A stretch of 63,495 nucleotides of DNA, filler included, from Lentisphaeria bacterium (GCA_041690595.1; 3 parts of 3 records of this genome joined end to end with filler, not necessarily neighbours in it), one strand, 5' to 3'; counted from the whole stretch's first letter, positions 19,311 to 29,553 are shown. The notes: generated by a model not told the origin, from the letters alone. Program-made: numbers and translations.

Positions 19311-20138
19311 TTGCTGAGCTATCGCCACGCCTTCCACGCCGGCAACCATGCCGATGTACTGAAGCACCTGGTGCTGGTTGCACTGCTCGACCACCTGACG
19401 GCGAAGCCCAAGCCGCTCTGGGTGATCGACACCCATGCCGGGGCCGGCGTCTACGATCTGCGGCGCGGCTTCGCCACTCAGCTCGCCGAGTACACCACCG
19501 GCATCGGTCGGCTCTGGAAGGAGCCGGGGCCGATGCCGGCGCTGGAGCGGTACCTGAGCCTGGTGCGAAAGTTGAACCCCAACGGCCGCCTCACCCGCTA
19601 TCCCGGTTCGCCCTGGCTCGCACGAACCCTCACCCGCGCCGACGACCGGCTGTGGCTCTACGAGCTGCATCCCGCCGATTACGCCGCGCTGGGTCGTAAC
19701 CTTCAGGGAAAGGGCGTGCGGGTGACCCAGGAGGACGGCCTGCAGGCGCTGCGCGGGCTGCTCCCGCCCCAGCCCAAGCGGGCGCTGGTGCTCATCGACC
19801 CGTCCTACGAGGTGAAGTCGGACTACCGGCAGGTGGCGGCGACGTTGCGCGAGGCCTTGCAGCGCTTTCCCACCGGCACCTACGCGGTGTGGTATCCGCT
19901 GCTGGAGCAGCCGGCGGCGCCGGAGCTGCCTGGCGCGCTTCGAAAGCTCTCCCGCAACTGGCTCGACGCCCGCCTGCAGGTTCGCAAGGCGGGGCCCGGC
20001 CTCTACGGCAGCGGCATGTTCGTCATCAATCCGCCCTACACGCTGCCCGAGACGCTGGAACCGGCGCTTGCGTCCCTGGTGCGGCTGCTGGGCCAGGACG
20101 AGGGCGCCGGCCAGCAGCTCGAGTGGAACATCGTTTAG
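19311..20138 (+). CDS. rlmJ: 23S rRNA (adenine-2030-N6)-methyltransferase RlmJ
   Basis: MLSYRHAFHAGNHADVLKH, IDTHAGAG, YPGSP, LIDPSYE, GSGMFVINPPY; TTG start with AGGAGG at 19295-19300. Confidence 0.93.
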   Translation: MLSYRHAFHAGNHADVLKHLVLVALLDHLTAKPKPLWVIDTHAGAGVYDLRRGFATQLAEYTTGIGRLWKEPGPMPALERYLSLVRKLNPNGRLTRYPGSPWLARTLTRADDRLWLYELHPADYAALGRNLQGKGVRVTQEDGLQALRGLLPPQPKRALVLIDPSYEVKSDYRQVAATLREALQRFPTGTYAVWYPLLEQPAAPELPGALRKLSRNWLDARLQVRKAGPGLYGSGMFVINPPYTLPETLEPALASLVRLLGQDEGAGQQLEWNIV

Positions 20139-20166
20139 CCCTGGCCCTCTGCGCGTGCTCCACCCT

Positions 20167-20565
20167 TCACGTGCGCCACGGCAGCTCGATGGCCTCGCCG
20201 TCCGGCAGGTACGCGGCCACCGGGGTGGCGCTGAAGACGGCGACCATGTGCAGCGGCTCGTCGCCCGCGTTGACGATCTGGTGCAGCACGTGCGGCGGCA
20301 GGTGCAGCGTGCTGTCGGGGCCGAACGGGTGGCTCGTCTCGCCGTCGATGCGCAGCTCGCCGTGGCCCGCCGTGCACAGCACCACTTCCTCGCAGTCGTG
20401 CCGGTGGGGCGGCGTGGCGGCGCCGGGCTCGAGCACCTGCTGCCAGACGGAAAGCTCACGCAACCCCTGGTGCACGCCGGCCAGGGTCACGTGATGGATT
20501 CCGGGCAGGGTGCTCGGCGCCGGGCCGGGGTTCTCGAACACGAATTGGGCTTGGGAAGTGGACAT
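20167..20565 (-). CDS. Cupin domain protein
   Basis: TPPHRHDCEEVV and LPPHVLHQIVNAG cupin metal motifs; divergent from LysR. Confidence 0.88.
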   Translation of the reverse strand: MSTSQAQFVFENPGPAPSTLPGIHHVTLAGVHQGLRELSVWQQVLEPGAATPPHRHDCEEVVLCTAGHGELRIDGETSHPFGPDSTLHLPPHVLHQIVNAGDEPLHMVAVFSATPVAAYLPDGEAIELPWRT

Positions 20566-20700
20566 GTTGCGCCTCCGCTGTCGGTATCAAGCGAATGCCT
20601 GATCGGGAGCGTAGTGTCCGGCAACGACGTTGGTGAAAGAACCGTCCTGTGTGTCCTAAGATTGCCGAAGGTTCTTCATTAATCACGCGGGTGAGGGACG

Positions 20701-21600
20701 GTGAACAACATCCAGCAGATCCTGGTGTTCGTGCGCGCCGCCCGGCACGCGAGCTTTGCCGAGGCGGCCCGGGAGCTGGGTCAGAGCCCCTCCACCATCG
20801 CCAAGAGCATCCGCCGGCTCGAGGCGCAGTGGGGGGTCAAGCTGTTCTACCGCACCACCCGCCAGGTGAGCCTGACCCCGGACGGGCAGAGCCTGTTCGA
20901 ACGCTGCCAGCGCATCCTCGACGAGGTGGAGGCGCTGCGCGCGGAAGCCGAGGGGGTGCGGGGCGAGCCGACGGGGGTGCTGCGTATCGACGTGCCGCTC
21001 ACCTACGGCAAGCGCGTCGTGCTGCCGCTGCTCGCCACCCTGACGGCACGCCACCCCGGCTTGAGCCTCGACGTGCGTTTCTCCGATCGTTTCGCCGCCG
21101 TCATCGCCGAAGGCCTGGACGCGGTGATTCGCATCGGGCCCCTGGCCGATTCGCGCCTGGTGGCGCGCCGCATCGGCTGGCAATACCTCCTGGTGTGCGC
21201 GAGCCCCGCCTATCTCGACGCCCGCGGTGTGCCGCAGACCCCCGCTGAGCTCGAACAGCACGACTGCGTGCTGTTCCGTCAGCCCACCACGGAGCGTGAG
21301 CGCCCGTGGCAGTTCCGGGTCGACGACGCCGACGTGGAAATCCATCCCGAATCCCGGGTTCGGCTCAATGATGGCGAAGCCTTGGTGGAAGCGGCCTGCG
21401 CGGGGATGGGCCTGGTCCAGGTGCCCGACTACATGGCCGGCGACGCCATCGAGGCCGGGAAGGTCGTGGAGGTGCTGCGCGCGTTCCGCGCGCCGCCCCT
21501 GCCCATCAGCGTGGTCTATCCGAGCAACCGCATGCTGCCGCCGCGGGTGCGGGCGTTCGTGGATGCGCTGGCGCAAGCGGTAGACGGCGCCTATTCATAG
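20701..21600 (+). CDS. LysR-family transcriptional regulator (CrgA-like)
   Basis: SFAEAARELGQSPSTIAKSIRRLE...KLFYRTTRQVSLT HTH; C-terminal substrate-binding domain ending PPRVRAFVD. Confidence 0.95.
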   Translation: MNNIQQILVFVRAARHASFAEAARELGQSPSTIAKSIRRLEAQWGVKLFYRTTRQVSLTPDGQSLFERCQRILDEVEALRAEAEGVRGEPTGVLRIDVPLTYGKRVVLPLLATLTARHPGLSLDVRFSDRFAAVIAEGLDAVIRIGPLADSRLVARRIGWQYLLVCASPAYLDARGVPQTPAELEQHDCVLFRQPTTERERPWQFRVDDADVEIHPESRVRLNDGEALVEAACAGMGLVQVPDYMAGDAIEAGKVVEVLRAFRAPPLPISVVYPSNRMLPPRVRAFVDALAQAVDGAYS

Positions 21601-21626
21601 ACGTTGCCGCCGCGCTCGAGGGCCAC
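21591..21626 (-). pseudogene. Possible 5' remnant of a PemK/MazF-type toxin
   Basis: GTG start 3 nt after the antitoxin stop encodes MALERGGNVYE*, resembling the (K/R)RGDVY start of PemK/MazF toxins; it ends within the LysR 3' end. Confidence 0.35.
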
Positions 21627-21629
21627 CGG

Positions 21630-21863
21630 CTACAAGCCATCGCCGGTGGCCGAATCCAGTTCCCGCCGCACGGCGGTAGCCTGAGAGCGCGTCCGGCGGG
21701 ATGCCTCGCGTAGCTGTCGCCGCAGCGCGTCCCGTTCCAGTTGACGTTCGTAGCTCTGCACCGCCTCACGAATCACCGCGCTTCGCGTGGTGTCGAGCTT
21801 TGCCGCCAGACGCGAGAGCAGCTTGTCGAAGTCGTCGTCTGCCTTCAGCGTGATCGTCTTCAT
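21630..21863 (-). CDS. Ribbon-helix-helix (CopG-like) putative antitoxin
   Basis: MKTITLKADDDFDKLLSRLAAKLDTTRSAVIREAV RHH pattern, 77 aa, ending ATGDGL. Confidence 0.75.
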   Translation of the reverse strand: MKTITLKADDDFDKLLSRLAAKLDTTRSAVIREAVQSYERQLERDALRRQLREASRRTRSQATAVRRELDSATGDGL

Positions 21864-21982
21864 CCGGATGATTGATTTGGTATTACCTAGGTGATACTGC
21901 TCCCGATCTGCCTGCCAGCCAAGCGATCCGTAATCGACGCCGGGCTGTCGGCCTGACCCGACCACGAATTTGGAGTAATTGC

Positions 21983-22174
21983 ATGGCCACCGGCCTGATC
22001 GCACTGCTCGACGACATAGCCGGCATCGCCAAGGTCGCTGCCGCGTCGGTGGACGATGTCGCCGCCCACGCCGCCAAGGCGAGCGCCAAGTCGGCCGGCG
22101 TGGTCATCGACGACACCGCGGTGACCCCGCGCTACGTGGTGGGTTTCGCCGCGGATCGGGAGCTGCCCATCGTC
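21983..22174 (+). CDS. DUF808 (YedI-like) membrane protein, truncated by contig end
   Basis: MATGLIALLDDIA...VVIDDTAVTPRYVVGFAADRELPIV; GGAG RBS upstream. Confidence 0.85.
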
Positions 22175-22274
22175 NNNNNNNNNNNNNNNNNNNNNNNNNN
22201 NNNNNNNNNNNNNNNNNNTTAATTAATTAANNNNNNNNNNNNNNNNNNNNNNNNNNNNNNNNNNNNNNNNNNNN
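22175..22274. other. Artificial contig linker
   Basis: 44 N + TTAATTAATTAA (stops in all six frames) + 44 N. Confidence 0.99.
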
Positions 22275-22363
22275 GTTATCAACATTTTATTGACGCACTC
22301 GTCGCAGCCATTCATAAAAAATCTGGAGATCTTTTAGCCATGAACACTTGAAGGCATACATAG

Positions 22364-24097
22364 TTGGGAGGGGCTCTCCGAGCCGCGATTGCAGCGAATG
22401 CCCCCGATGCCCCCAAAGTGGGAGGGGCTCTCCGAGCCGCGATTGCAGCCAAGGCCCCCGATGCCCCCAAAGTGGGAGGGGCTCTCCGAGCCGCGATTGC
22501 AGCGAATGCCCCAAAACGCTTTGGCTTCATCACCACCAACTCCCTCCGCCAGACCTTCAACCGCCGAGTCCTCGAAGCCCACATGAGCGCCAAGGAGCCT
22601 CTCAGCCTCCTCTTTGCCATCCCCGATCACCCTTGGGTCGACTCCACCGACGGCGCCGCCGTCCGCATCTCCATGACCGTCGCCACCGCCGGCAGCCACC
22701 CCGGCCTCTTGCAACGAGTCGTCGCCGAAGAGCCCGGCAGAGGCGAAGGCCGCGAGGTGATCCTCAAAGCCTCCACCGGCATCATCCACCCGGATCTGAC
22801 CTCCGGCGCCGATGTATCCTCAGCGATGACCTTGAAGGCAAATGAAGAAATCAGCTGCCCAGGGGTCAAGCTTCACGGAAGCGGCTTCATGGCCACCCCA
22901 GTGGAGGCAAGCCAGTTGGGGCTTGGTCGAATCGACGGGTTGGAGCAGCACATCCGCCTCTATCGCAATGGACGCGATCTCACCGCGACGCCGCGCGATG
23001 TCATGGTCATCGACCTTTTCGGCCTTTCCGCCGAGCAGGTCCAATCTCGCTTCCCCGAAGTCTATCAGTGGGTTCTCAATCGGGTCAAACCCGAGCGCGA
23101 CCAAAACAATCGCGCATCCTACCGCGACAACTGGTGGATCTTCGGAGAGCCCAGGAGAAATTTCCGGCCTGCCCTCGTCGGCCTCACCCGCTACATCGCC
23201 ACCGTCGAGACCTCCAAGCATCGCTTCTTCGTCTTCCTCGACGCCTCCATCCTCCCCGACAACAAGCTCGTCTGCATCGCCCAAGACGATGCCTATATCT
23301 TCGGCATTGTCTCCAGCACGATTCACGAACGCTGGACTCTCGCTGCCTGCGGTTGGATGGGGGTAGGCAATGATCCCATCTACAACAAGACCCGCTGCTT
23401 CGAAACCTTCCCCTTCCCCGATGCCACCGACGACCAGAAGGCGCGCATCCGCGAGCTCGGCGAGCGGCTCGACGCTCATCGCAAGCGCCAGCAGCAGCTC
23501 CATCCTGCGCTCACCCTCACCAACATCTACAACGTCCTCGAAAAACTCCGCGCCGGCGACCCCCTCACCGCCAAGGAGAAGATCATCCACGAGCAGGGCC
23601 TCGTCACCACCCTCCGCCAGCTCCACGACGATCTCGACGCCGCCGTCCTCGACGCCTACGGCTGGTCCGATCTCCGAACGGCGACCGCGGCTCCCGAAAC
23701 CGAGCAGCAGCTCCTTCAGCGCCTGGTCGACCTCAACCACCTCCGCGCCGCCGAAGAAGCCACCGGCCACATCCGCTACCTACGCCCCGACTACCAGGCC
23801 CCCACCGCCACCGCCCCCACACCCACCCCCCAAGACCTCGACCTCGACGACGAAGCCCCGCCGCCAACTGCCGCCCCGGCCCCCCTGAAGCTCACTTGGC
23901 CGTCCAGCCTGCCCGAGCAATTCCAAGCCATCACCACCGCCCTCAGCCACTACACCCTCCCCGTCGACGCCACCTCCCTCGCCCGCCACTTCGGCCGCGC
24001 CACCCCCAAGCGCGTCGCCGAAATCGAAGGCATCCTCCAGACCCTCGTAAGCCTCGGCCAAGCCAAAGGCGACGGAGGCGGCTATGTGGCAAAGTGA
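22364..24097 (+). CDS. C-terminal part of an MmeI/YeeA-like type IIL/IIG restriction-modification enzyme (5' truncated)
   Basis: [64 protein letters not shown]. The nuclease and SAM/NPPF motifs are absent and an in-frame stop lies just upstream. Confidence 0.82.
   Translation: MGGALRAAIAANAPDAPKVGGALRAAIAAKAPDAPKVGGALRAAIAANAPKRFGFITTNSLRQTFNRRVLEAHMSAKEPLSLLFAIPDHPWVDSTDGAAVRISMTVATAGSHPGLLQRVVAEEPGRGEGREVILKASTGIIHPDLTSGADVSSAMTLKANEEISCPGVKLHGSGFMATPVEASQLGLGRIDGLEQHIRLYRNGRDLTATPRDVMVIDLFGLSAEQVQSRFPEVYQWVLNRVKPERDQNNRASYRDNWWIFGEPRRNFRPALVGLTRYIATVETSKHRFFVFLDASILPDNKLVCIAQDDAYIFGIVSSTIHERWTLAACGWMGVGNDPIYNKTRCFETFPFPDATDDQKARIRELGERLDAHRKRQQQLHPALTLTNIYNVLEKLRAGDPLTAKEKIIHEQGLVTTLRQLHDDLDAAVLDAYGWSDLRTATAAPETEQQLLQRLVDLNHLRAAEEATGHIRYLRPDYQAPTATAPTPTPQDLDLDDEAPPPTAAPAPLKLTWPSSLPEQFQAITTALSHYTLPVDATSLARHFGRATPKRVAEIEGILQTLVSLGQAKGDGGGYVAK
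22365..22515 (+). repeat. Three tandem 54-bp REP-like units, in frame within the RM gene
   Basis: TGGGAGGGGCTCTCCGAGCCGCGATTGCAGC... starts at 22365, 22419 and 22473 and encodes [18 protein letters not shown]; the third copy is partial. Confidence 0.9.
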
Positions 24098-24106
24098 AAA
24101 GAAACA

Positions 24107-24169
24107 TCGATTTCCTCGATTCTTTCGATTCCCTCGATTCTTTCGATTTCCTCGATTCCCTCGATTTTC
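24107..24169 (+). repeat. 9-bp tandem repeat (TCGATTYYY x7)
   Basis: tcgatttcc tcgattctt tcgattccc tcgattctt tcgatttcc tcgattccc tcgattttc, just upstream of the four-helix-bundle gene. Confidence 0.92.
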
Positions 24170-24199
24170 TCCCAACCCGCCCCTGGTGAGGCACTCCTG

Positions 24200-24416
24200 A
24201 TGTTTGGCAGCACGAACGGTTGTTACTTCCTGGATTCCTGGGTTCTGGCCAACATCGTTCAGCTGGGCACCCAGCAATTCTGTCGGCAGTTCCTCAACCG
24301 GCGCAATGATCCATGCGGTCGCCAATACGACCAGATGACCCAGGCCGCCCGCTCCGGCTGCGCCAACATCGCCGAAGGCTCTGCCCGTCGCGCCACTTCC
24401 AGACAGACCGAGATGA
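24200..24416 (+). pseudogene. Truncated four-helix-bundle protein (TIGR02436/23S rRNA IVP-like)
   Basis: RQYDQMTQAARSGCANIAEGSARRATSRQTEM is the family core; homology stops where the palindromic repeats begin. Confidence 0.78.
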
Positions 24417-24668
24417 CCCCCACGTCCAGCGTCCCAGCTTGCCGAGGTGGCCGCAATCATCCTGATTGCGCAAGAAAGTCTTTGCAGGCATCCCAGCTTG
24501 CCGAAGTGGCCGCAATCATCCTGATTGCGCAAAAAAGTCTCGGCAAGCATCGCTGCTTGCCAAGGTAGCCTTTCTCCCCACGTCCAGCATCCCAGCTTGC
24601 CGAGGTGGCCGCAATCATCCTGATTGCGCAAGAAGAAAAGTCTTGGCAAGCATTCTTGCTTGCCAAGT
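24417..24668. repeat. Cluster of REP-like palindromic repeats
   Basis: Three copies of CCCAGCTTGCCGARGTGGCCGCAATCATCCTGATTGCGCAA, each with hairpin CGCAATCA-TCC-TGATTGCG, plus two GGCAAGC-N6-GCTTGCC hairpins. Confidence 0.88.
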
Positions 24669-25264
24669 TCCCCCAAAAATGCATCACCGCAGGGACCGGT
24701 ACATTTTGGCCCTCCGAGCCGCGACTTGGGCCGTTACCCCCAACGGCCATACCATTACTTGGTCCCGTTCCCGCCGTTGCCCCCAACGGCCGGCCTCGCC
24801 CCCAACTTGAGCCGCTCCCCGAGCGGCGCAGCCCCACTGTGGGAGTCCCCACCAGGCCGTTGTCCGTACATTCCTCTTCATAAGTCCAAGCCATTGCCTT
24901 CCCCCCAACGTGAGCGCAATTCCACACAGGGCTTAGCCTCGACAGGCCCAGCAATGTGGAGGCCATCCACATTGGACTTGAAGCAACAACATCTGGCGAA
25001 ACTATCTGGCTTCGTCAGTTTCCCTTCTGCATTCACCATCATCCCTACGGGCTCACACCGGAGAAGATGATCGCGGTTGAAATGCACCTTCAAAGGAAGC
25101 CAGCCATGTGTTCACAAGATGAAGTAGAAGTTTTTTTCGAAAATCATTGCAATCACAGTTGACACTGCGGCGGAGCGAGGTAAGTTCAGCCAGAATTGCA
25201 TTGTTTGTCATGATGTGACGGGATTGGTTCTTGGCCGATCCTCTAACGCTGATTCGGGCATGCC

Positions 25265-27361
25265 ATGATAGTATCGCATAGCTGCACTCGGAACATAAGC
25301 TCGGCAATGGTTATTACGGTTATTATCGGCGGCATGATCAGCGCCTTGCAACTCCACGCTACGCTTCCACGGCTGCCTTCCGGACTGTGCTATCCCACCG
25401 AACCGTTGGTAGAGTTGCCGGACCCGCTCCGGTCCCACGCAGCCTGTACAGGATGCGGCGATCAACAAGACATGCTTCAGTTGCACGACCGAGATTTCGT
25501 GGGACATCGGCTCAACATCGATTTCCATGCGCCCCGTTGGACAGGGGAGCTTCTCACCTTTGAGACGGGCTACCAGGAGGTGTGGAGACCGGAGTTGTCA
25601 TTCCGGCTCCATGCGGGCGGTCCTCAGGGGCAGGCGGATTATGTACAGTTCATCGGGCGCAGCCGACTGGTGGTCTTCAAGCAAGAGAGCGCGGAGGATG
25701 GGACCATTTCGCTCCAATGCGTCTCCCACCCGGATCACCGCCTCTACCGGCGAGGCGATCGGATCGTCGTCGAGCAACTCGGCAGATGCCGATGGTATTT
25801 CGCTTCGCCGGATTTTGGCGGCACCTGGCGCTTGGAGCGCATGGAAGAGCCGGCGTACCCTGGTATGGGCGTGGATCTGGTCTATGATGGTGATCTGCTT
25901 GTCGCGCTGGTGTATCCGGACCGAAAGCGAGCGCGGTTCGAATACAAGGCACAAGCATTGTCGGCGATTCACTTTCCCAACCATTATGCGGTCACCATCA
26001 GCCGCGATGCGAACGGTTATCCCGCCTCCATTACCATGCTGGCGCCTTCGGACCGGCAGGCTGAACGCCAAGTGGCCGGCTTCGACATCTGGTCCGATGG
26101 CGGCGAGGTCAAGCAGCGGCTCCTCTACCGAGACAAGACTCCCCCGAAGCCGCAAGTAATTGGCACATACGCTTATGAACATGACAACCGAGGACGCATT
26201 CGCCACTATGTCAGCGCGTGTGGGCGCGAGTTCAAAGTCGACTATGCGAGTGACGATACAGGCCCTCATCCGGTGCATGTGGCGATTGTCACCGATCTGT
26301 CCACGGGCAATTATCGTTTCATGCGCCATCAGGCCATGGGGCGTAACTTGAGCCTGGAGTACGGGGAGGGTCTCAAGGATCAACCGCTCGATAAGGCTAC
26401 CGTGACCGAGCGACGGGTCAAGCAGAAAGACGGTTTCCGAATGATGACCAGCGAAGTGCAGTTCGGCAACGCTTCACCGGTCAAGATCGACATTGCTGGG
26501 CTGAAGCAGTCCTCGCGAGCAGCCGCCTCTCCACCGCCGGACTTGGGCGCCACTGAGGCCGCGGTTGAGAAGCCGAAGCCGACGGCAAGATTCCATTATG
26601 AGTTTGACGACCGCGGCCTGCCCCGCGTGGCTATTCAAGGGGATCGGCGCTGGGAGCTGCACTTCGATGAGCTGGGCAGAGTCGACTATTGCCTCGAGCC
26701 GAACGGCAACTGCTGGCGCTGGAAGTATACGCCCACAGGTCAGCTGGCGGCGCGCATTGTTCAGTATGGCGCGTCGCCCCATGCGCCCGAGCAGATCACC
26801 CGCTATACCTATTGGCCGGATCGGCGACTCCGGCGAGTGACCAGCCCGGATGATACACATCGGGATTATACCTGGAGTTGCGGGCAGCTCAGCACCTTCA
26901 CCGACCGGCAGGGACAAGTGACCCGGTATCGGTACAATGCGTTGCTTCAACTGCGTGGACGGCAGACCGCGGAAGAGGAAGAGCGCTTCGACTATGATTC
27001 GCTGGGACGTTTGCATGTGCGCCGCCGTCGCCACCAGGGTCGCATCTATCGGCTTGTCTATCGATATGGGGGGGGCGCCACGCCGGTGGCAATCACGGGC
27101 GATGACCCTTCCCTGCCTGCTGACGACCGCCGCGTCGCCCGTCGCGCTCGCCACTATGAGGCCGACGGCTCTTACGTAGACGAAGCATTCAACGCGCGCG
27201 GACTGCTTCTCAGCCGTATCGGCTCCAACCGGCAAGACCGCCAGTATTTCTATACCCCCGATGGCGAACCACGTGTGGCCGACGGAACATCCGCCAGCCA
27301 CAGGGCCACCGCTACCGCCTCTGCAACCACCACCACACCTGCTCAGGAGACCACCCGCTGA
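25265..27361 (+). CDS. YD/RHS-repeat protein without a recognisable RHS core or toxin tip
   Basis: Repeats such as YEHDNRGRI, YEFDDRGLP, HFDELGRV, YTPTGQLA, FTDRQGQVTRYRYNALLQL, FDYDSLGRL. Hydrophobic N-terminus; no DPxG motif. Start uncertain. Confidence 0.8.
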   Translation: MIVSHSCTRNISSAMVITVIIGGMISALQLHATLPRLPSGLCYPTEPLVELPDPLRSHAACTGCGDQQDMLQLHDRDFVGHRLNIDFHAPRWTGELLTFETGYQEVWRPELSFRLHAGGPQGQADYVQFIGRSRLVVFKQESAEDGTISLQCVSHPDHRLYRRGDRIVVEQLGRCRWYFASPDFGGTWRLERMEEPAYPGMGVDLVYDGDLLVALVYPDRKRARFEYKAQALSAIHFPNHYAVTISRDANGYPASITMLAPSDRQAERQVAGFDIWSDGGEVKQRLLYRDKTPPKPQVIGTYAYEHDNRGRIRHYVSACGREFKVDYASDDTGPHPVHVAIVTDLSTGNYRFMRHQAMGRNLSLEYGEGLKDQPLDKATVTERRVKQKDGFRMMTSEVQFGNASPVKIDIAGLKQSSRAAASPPPDLGATEAAVEKPKPTARFHYEFDDRGLPRVAIQGDRRWELHFDELGRVDYCLEPNGNCWRWKYTPTGQLAARIVQYGASPHAPEQITRYTYWPDRRLRRVTSPDDTHRDYTWSCGQLSTFTDRQGQVTRYRYNALLQLRGRQTAEEEERFDYDSLGRLHVRRRRHQGRIYRLVYRYGGGATPVAITGDDPSLPADDRRVARRARHYEADGSYVDEAFNARGLLLSRIGSNRQDRQYFYTPDGEPRVADGTSASHRATATASATTTTPAQETTR

Positions 27362-29553
27362 TGAAACGTCTATCGCCCAAGGGCCACATCGAATCCCGTC
27401 TTGCCATTGCCCTCCTGCTGTTCGGGCTGGTCGGTTCCATGGTAGGGCTCTATGTATCGAAAACCGTGGCGCAGGATGGCATCATCATGAGTACCCAAAC
27501 CACCACGGCCTCCGGTGGTCCATGCTCAGGTGGCGGCGGCGGTGGCGGTCTCTGCGTTGTCGAGAGCTGCGAGACCGACTTCTGCGACTCCGTTACGCAG
27601 GGTCAGTTAAAGGCAGATTCTCTCAGCTTGAGTTCAGATACCATCACCATGGGCACCAGCCAGATTTCCGCCACCCTCATGGATGGTGCCAATGCGGCAA
27701 CCGTTGAAGACGCGGCGGTAAGCATCTCGGTGACATGTACCACCACCACCTATGACGATACCGACGGCGACGGCGTACTCGAAGTCGTCGACGAGACTGA
27801 GAATACGCAGGACGATCCGAGCTTCACCGTCCCCGTCGATGCCACCTACTGCTGGACCTTCTCCGGCGGCGACGAACTCATCAGTGGCGGCGAGACTACG
27901 GCCACCATCGACACGTCCAACCTCTCCGCCGACACCTACACCGTCGGTTGTACCGTCACCCTGAGTTTGATACCCACCACCTTCGCCGGCAAAGACGTCA
28001 CCTGCGGCGAGCTTGTGCAGAGCACCTATTCCTTCAGCGAGACGCTGACCGTCTCCAGTGTCACGGTCACCTTCCAGAAGCCTGACGGCAGCGCTCTTTC
28101 ATCATTGGTCATCCCGACTGGTGAGACCATCGACATTCAGGCAGTGATCGACCCCGATACATCCGCAACGGACGTTACCTTCGTTACCGGCGACGGGAAC
28201 ATCGCTACCGTCTCGCCTGGAAGTGCTTCTGGTTCTCCTCAGGCATTGAGCATCTCGGGCGTTGCGAAAGGAGGAACCACGATATCCGCCAAGGTAGCAG
28301 GACAGGATGTGGGGTCGCTTTCGGTCACCGTGGAGGATATTGTATGGGAGCTGTCGTACTGGATCGTCGACGATGAAGGGGGAGGCGCGGCAATTGCCAG
28401 CATGTCCGCTTCCTCCAGCGTTGCGCTGATGGATGAGGGCGGCAGTGGGGGTGATGCCACTCTCATCAACGATGGGGACAGCATCGTCATCCTTGCAGGC
28501 TCAAAGGTGAGGCTAAAGTATGAAGCCACAGGGGATCCCATGCAGACACTATTCGCTTCATGCGACATCACATGGTCCAATAACATGACCGAGCAGAGCG
28601 ACACCAACGCAGTCTCCATTGCTGAAGGCACCTTTGCGGTCGGCAGCCACTCTGTCACCGCAACCGCTAACTGGACCTATCAGTGGGGGCTTCCGGCAGG
28701 CTCACAAGACATCACAATTGCCATTGAGGCCGTCACACTGCAAATCGTACTACCTTCACGCGGCGACGGCTTGCCCCCAAGTATACCAGTTGGCCAAACG
28801 GCCTCGGTAGACGTCTATTTCAGTCAAGCTTTGGTCCATGCTTCAGTCTACTTCGAGATAGAAGGCCATAGCGTCACAAAAGGGAGTGCCGAAATAGTGG
28901 GAAACATCAGTTTAACCGATTCTGGTACAATCCAGGTCCGCGGAACTGCAATGACCGACCCTGGTCATAGTGGCAACCTGACCATAGTCGCCAGAAACGG
29001 TGCACTTCGCAAACTGGGGGCGTCCAATGGGTTCACGGTATGTCCACATGCTGTAAACTGGACAATCTCATCTCCAATTGCTGTTGATGATCCTTATGTG
29101 TATGGAATTGACATCATCTATGGATGGGACTCCGATTCAACACTTTCTGGAATCAATCCGTTACAACTTTTGATTTCAAGCAATCTTAAAGAAACAATCG
29201 TGAATGGTATTCATGACGACCCACCGTTTTGCCCAGGTGATTTTAAAGCAGGTGAAGTGACAAGACTTGGAGGTTCGAGCAGTTTATCCGATCATATTAA
29301 TGTTGGAAAACATCTCGTATCTAGATATACGAATGGTCAACACCAATTCGCCCAATCGTGGACATACACTTGCGAACGGTGCGGAGGCTCAAGGGTGATT
29401 GCGAGTAATGTAGTCACTGCTATCATTGAAAAGGATGAAAATAGCACGAGAGGACTTTTTACTGTCAATTATCAGGGGCCAACTCGGCCACCAACACCGT
29501 TTCTGCCGGAAGCTGAATTTTCACTTGGCGATGACCCAGGAGGGTGTCCATGA
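27361..29553 (+). CDS. Secreted/membrane-anchored Thr/Ser/acid-rich protein with Ig-like (Big_2-type) segments and a divergent C-terminus
   Basis: N-terminal hydrophobic helix; beta-rich repeats (DVTFVTGDGNIATVSP...ISGVAKGGTTISAKV); several Cys pairs; TGATG coupling to the YD gene. Confidence 0.7.
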   Translation: MKRLSPKGHIESRLAIALLLFGLVGSMVGLYVSKTVAQDGIIMSTQTTTASGGPCSGGGGGGGLCVVESCETDFCDSVTQGQLKADSLSLSSDTITMGTSQISATLMDGANAATVEDAAVSISVTCTTTTYDDTDGDGVLEVVDETENTQDDPSFTVPVDATYCWTFSGGDELISGGETTATIDTSNLSADTYTVGCTVTLSLIPTTFAGKDVTCGELVQSTYSFSETLTVSSVTVTFQKPDGSALSSLVIPTGETIDIQAVIDPDTSATDVTFVTGDGNIATVSPGSASGSPQALSISGVAKGGTTISAKVAGQDVGSLSVTVEDIVWELSYWIVDDEGGGAAIASMSASSSVALMDEGGSGGDATLINDGDSIVILAGSKVRLKYEATGDPMQTLFASCDITWSNNMTEQSDTNAVSIAEGTFAVGSHSVTATANWTYQWGLPAGSQDITIAIEAVTLQIVLPSRGDGLPPSIPVGQTASVDVYFSQALVHASVYFEIEGHSVTKGSAEIVGNISLTDSGTIQVRGTAMTDPGHSGNLTIVARNGALRKLGASNGFTVCPHAVNWTISSPIAVDDPYVYGIDIIYGWDSDSTLSGINPLQLLISSNLKETIVNGIHDDPPFCPGDFKAGEVTRLGGSSSLSDHINVGKHLVSRYTNGQHQFAQSWTYTCERCGGSRVIASNVVTAIIEKDENSTRGLFTVNYQGPTRPPTPFLPEAEFSLGDDPGGCP

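Noticed and set aside
22175..22274. TTAATTAATTAA as a biological motif, and DISARM plus the MmeI-like gene as one defence island
   Set aside because: This is an artificial linker; the two loci are on separate contigs.
22365..22515. Possible CRISPR array
   Set aside because: The units are near-identical tandem copies with no unique spacers, lie in frame in a gene, and no cas genes are present.
24200..24568. Avd-like gene indicating a diversity-generating retroelement
   Set aside because: No reverse transcriptase and no TR/VR pair with A-specific mismatches is visible in the window.
24417..24668. Possible mini-CRISPR (41-bp palindromic repeat x3)
   Set aside because: The intervening sequences are very unequal in length and themselves repetitive; no cas genes or leader.
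24878..25307. Small minus-strand ORFs upstream of the YD gene
   Set aside because: Short, no recognisable motifs; coding status cannot be supported from sequence alone.
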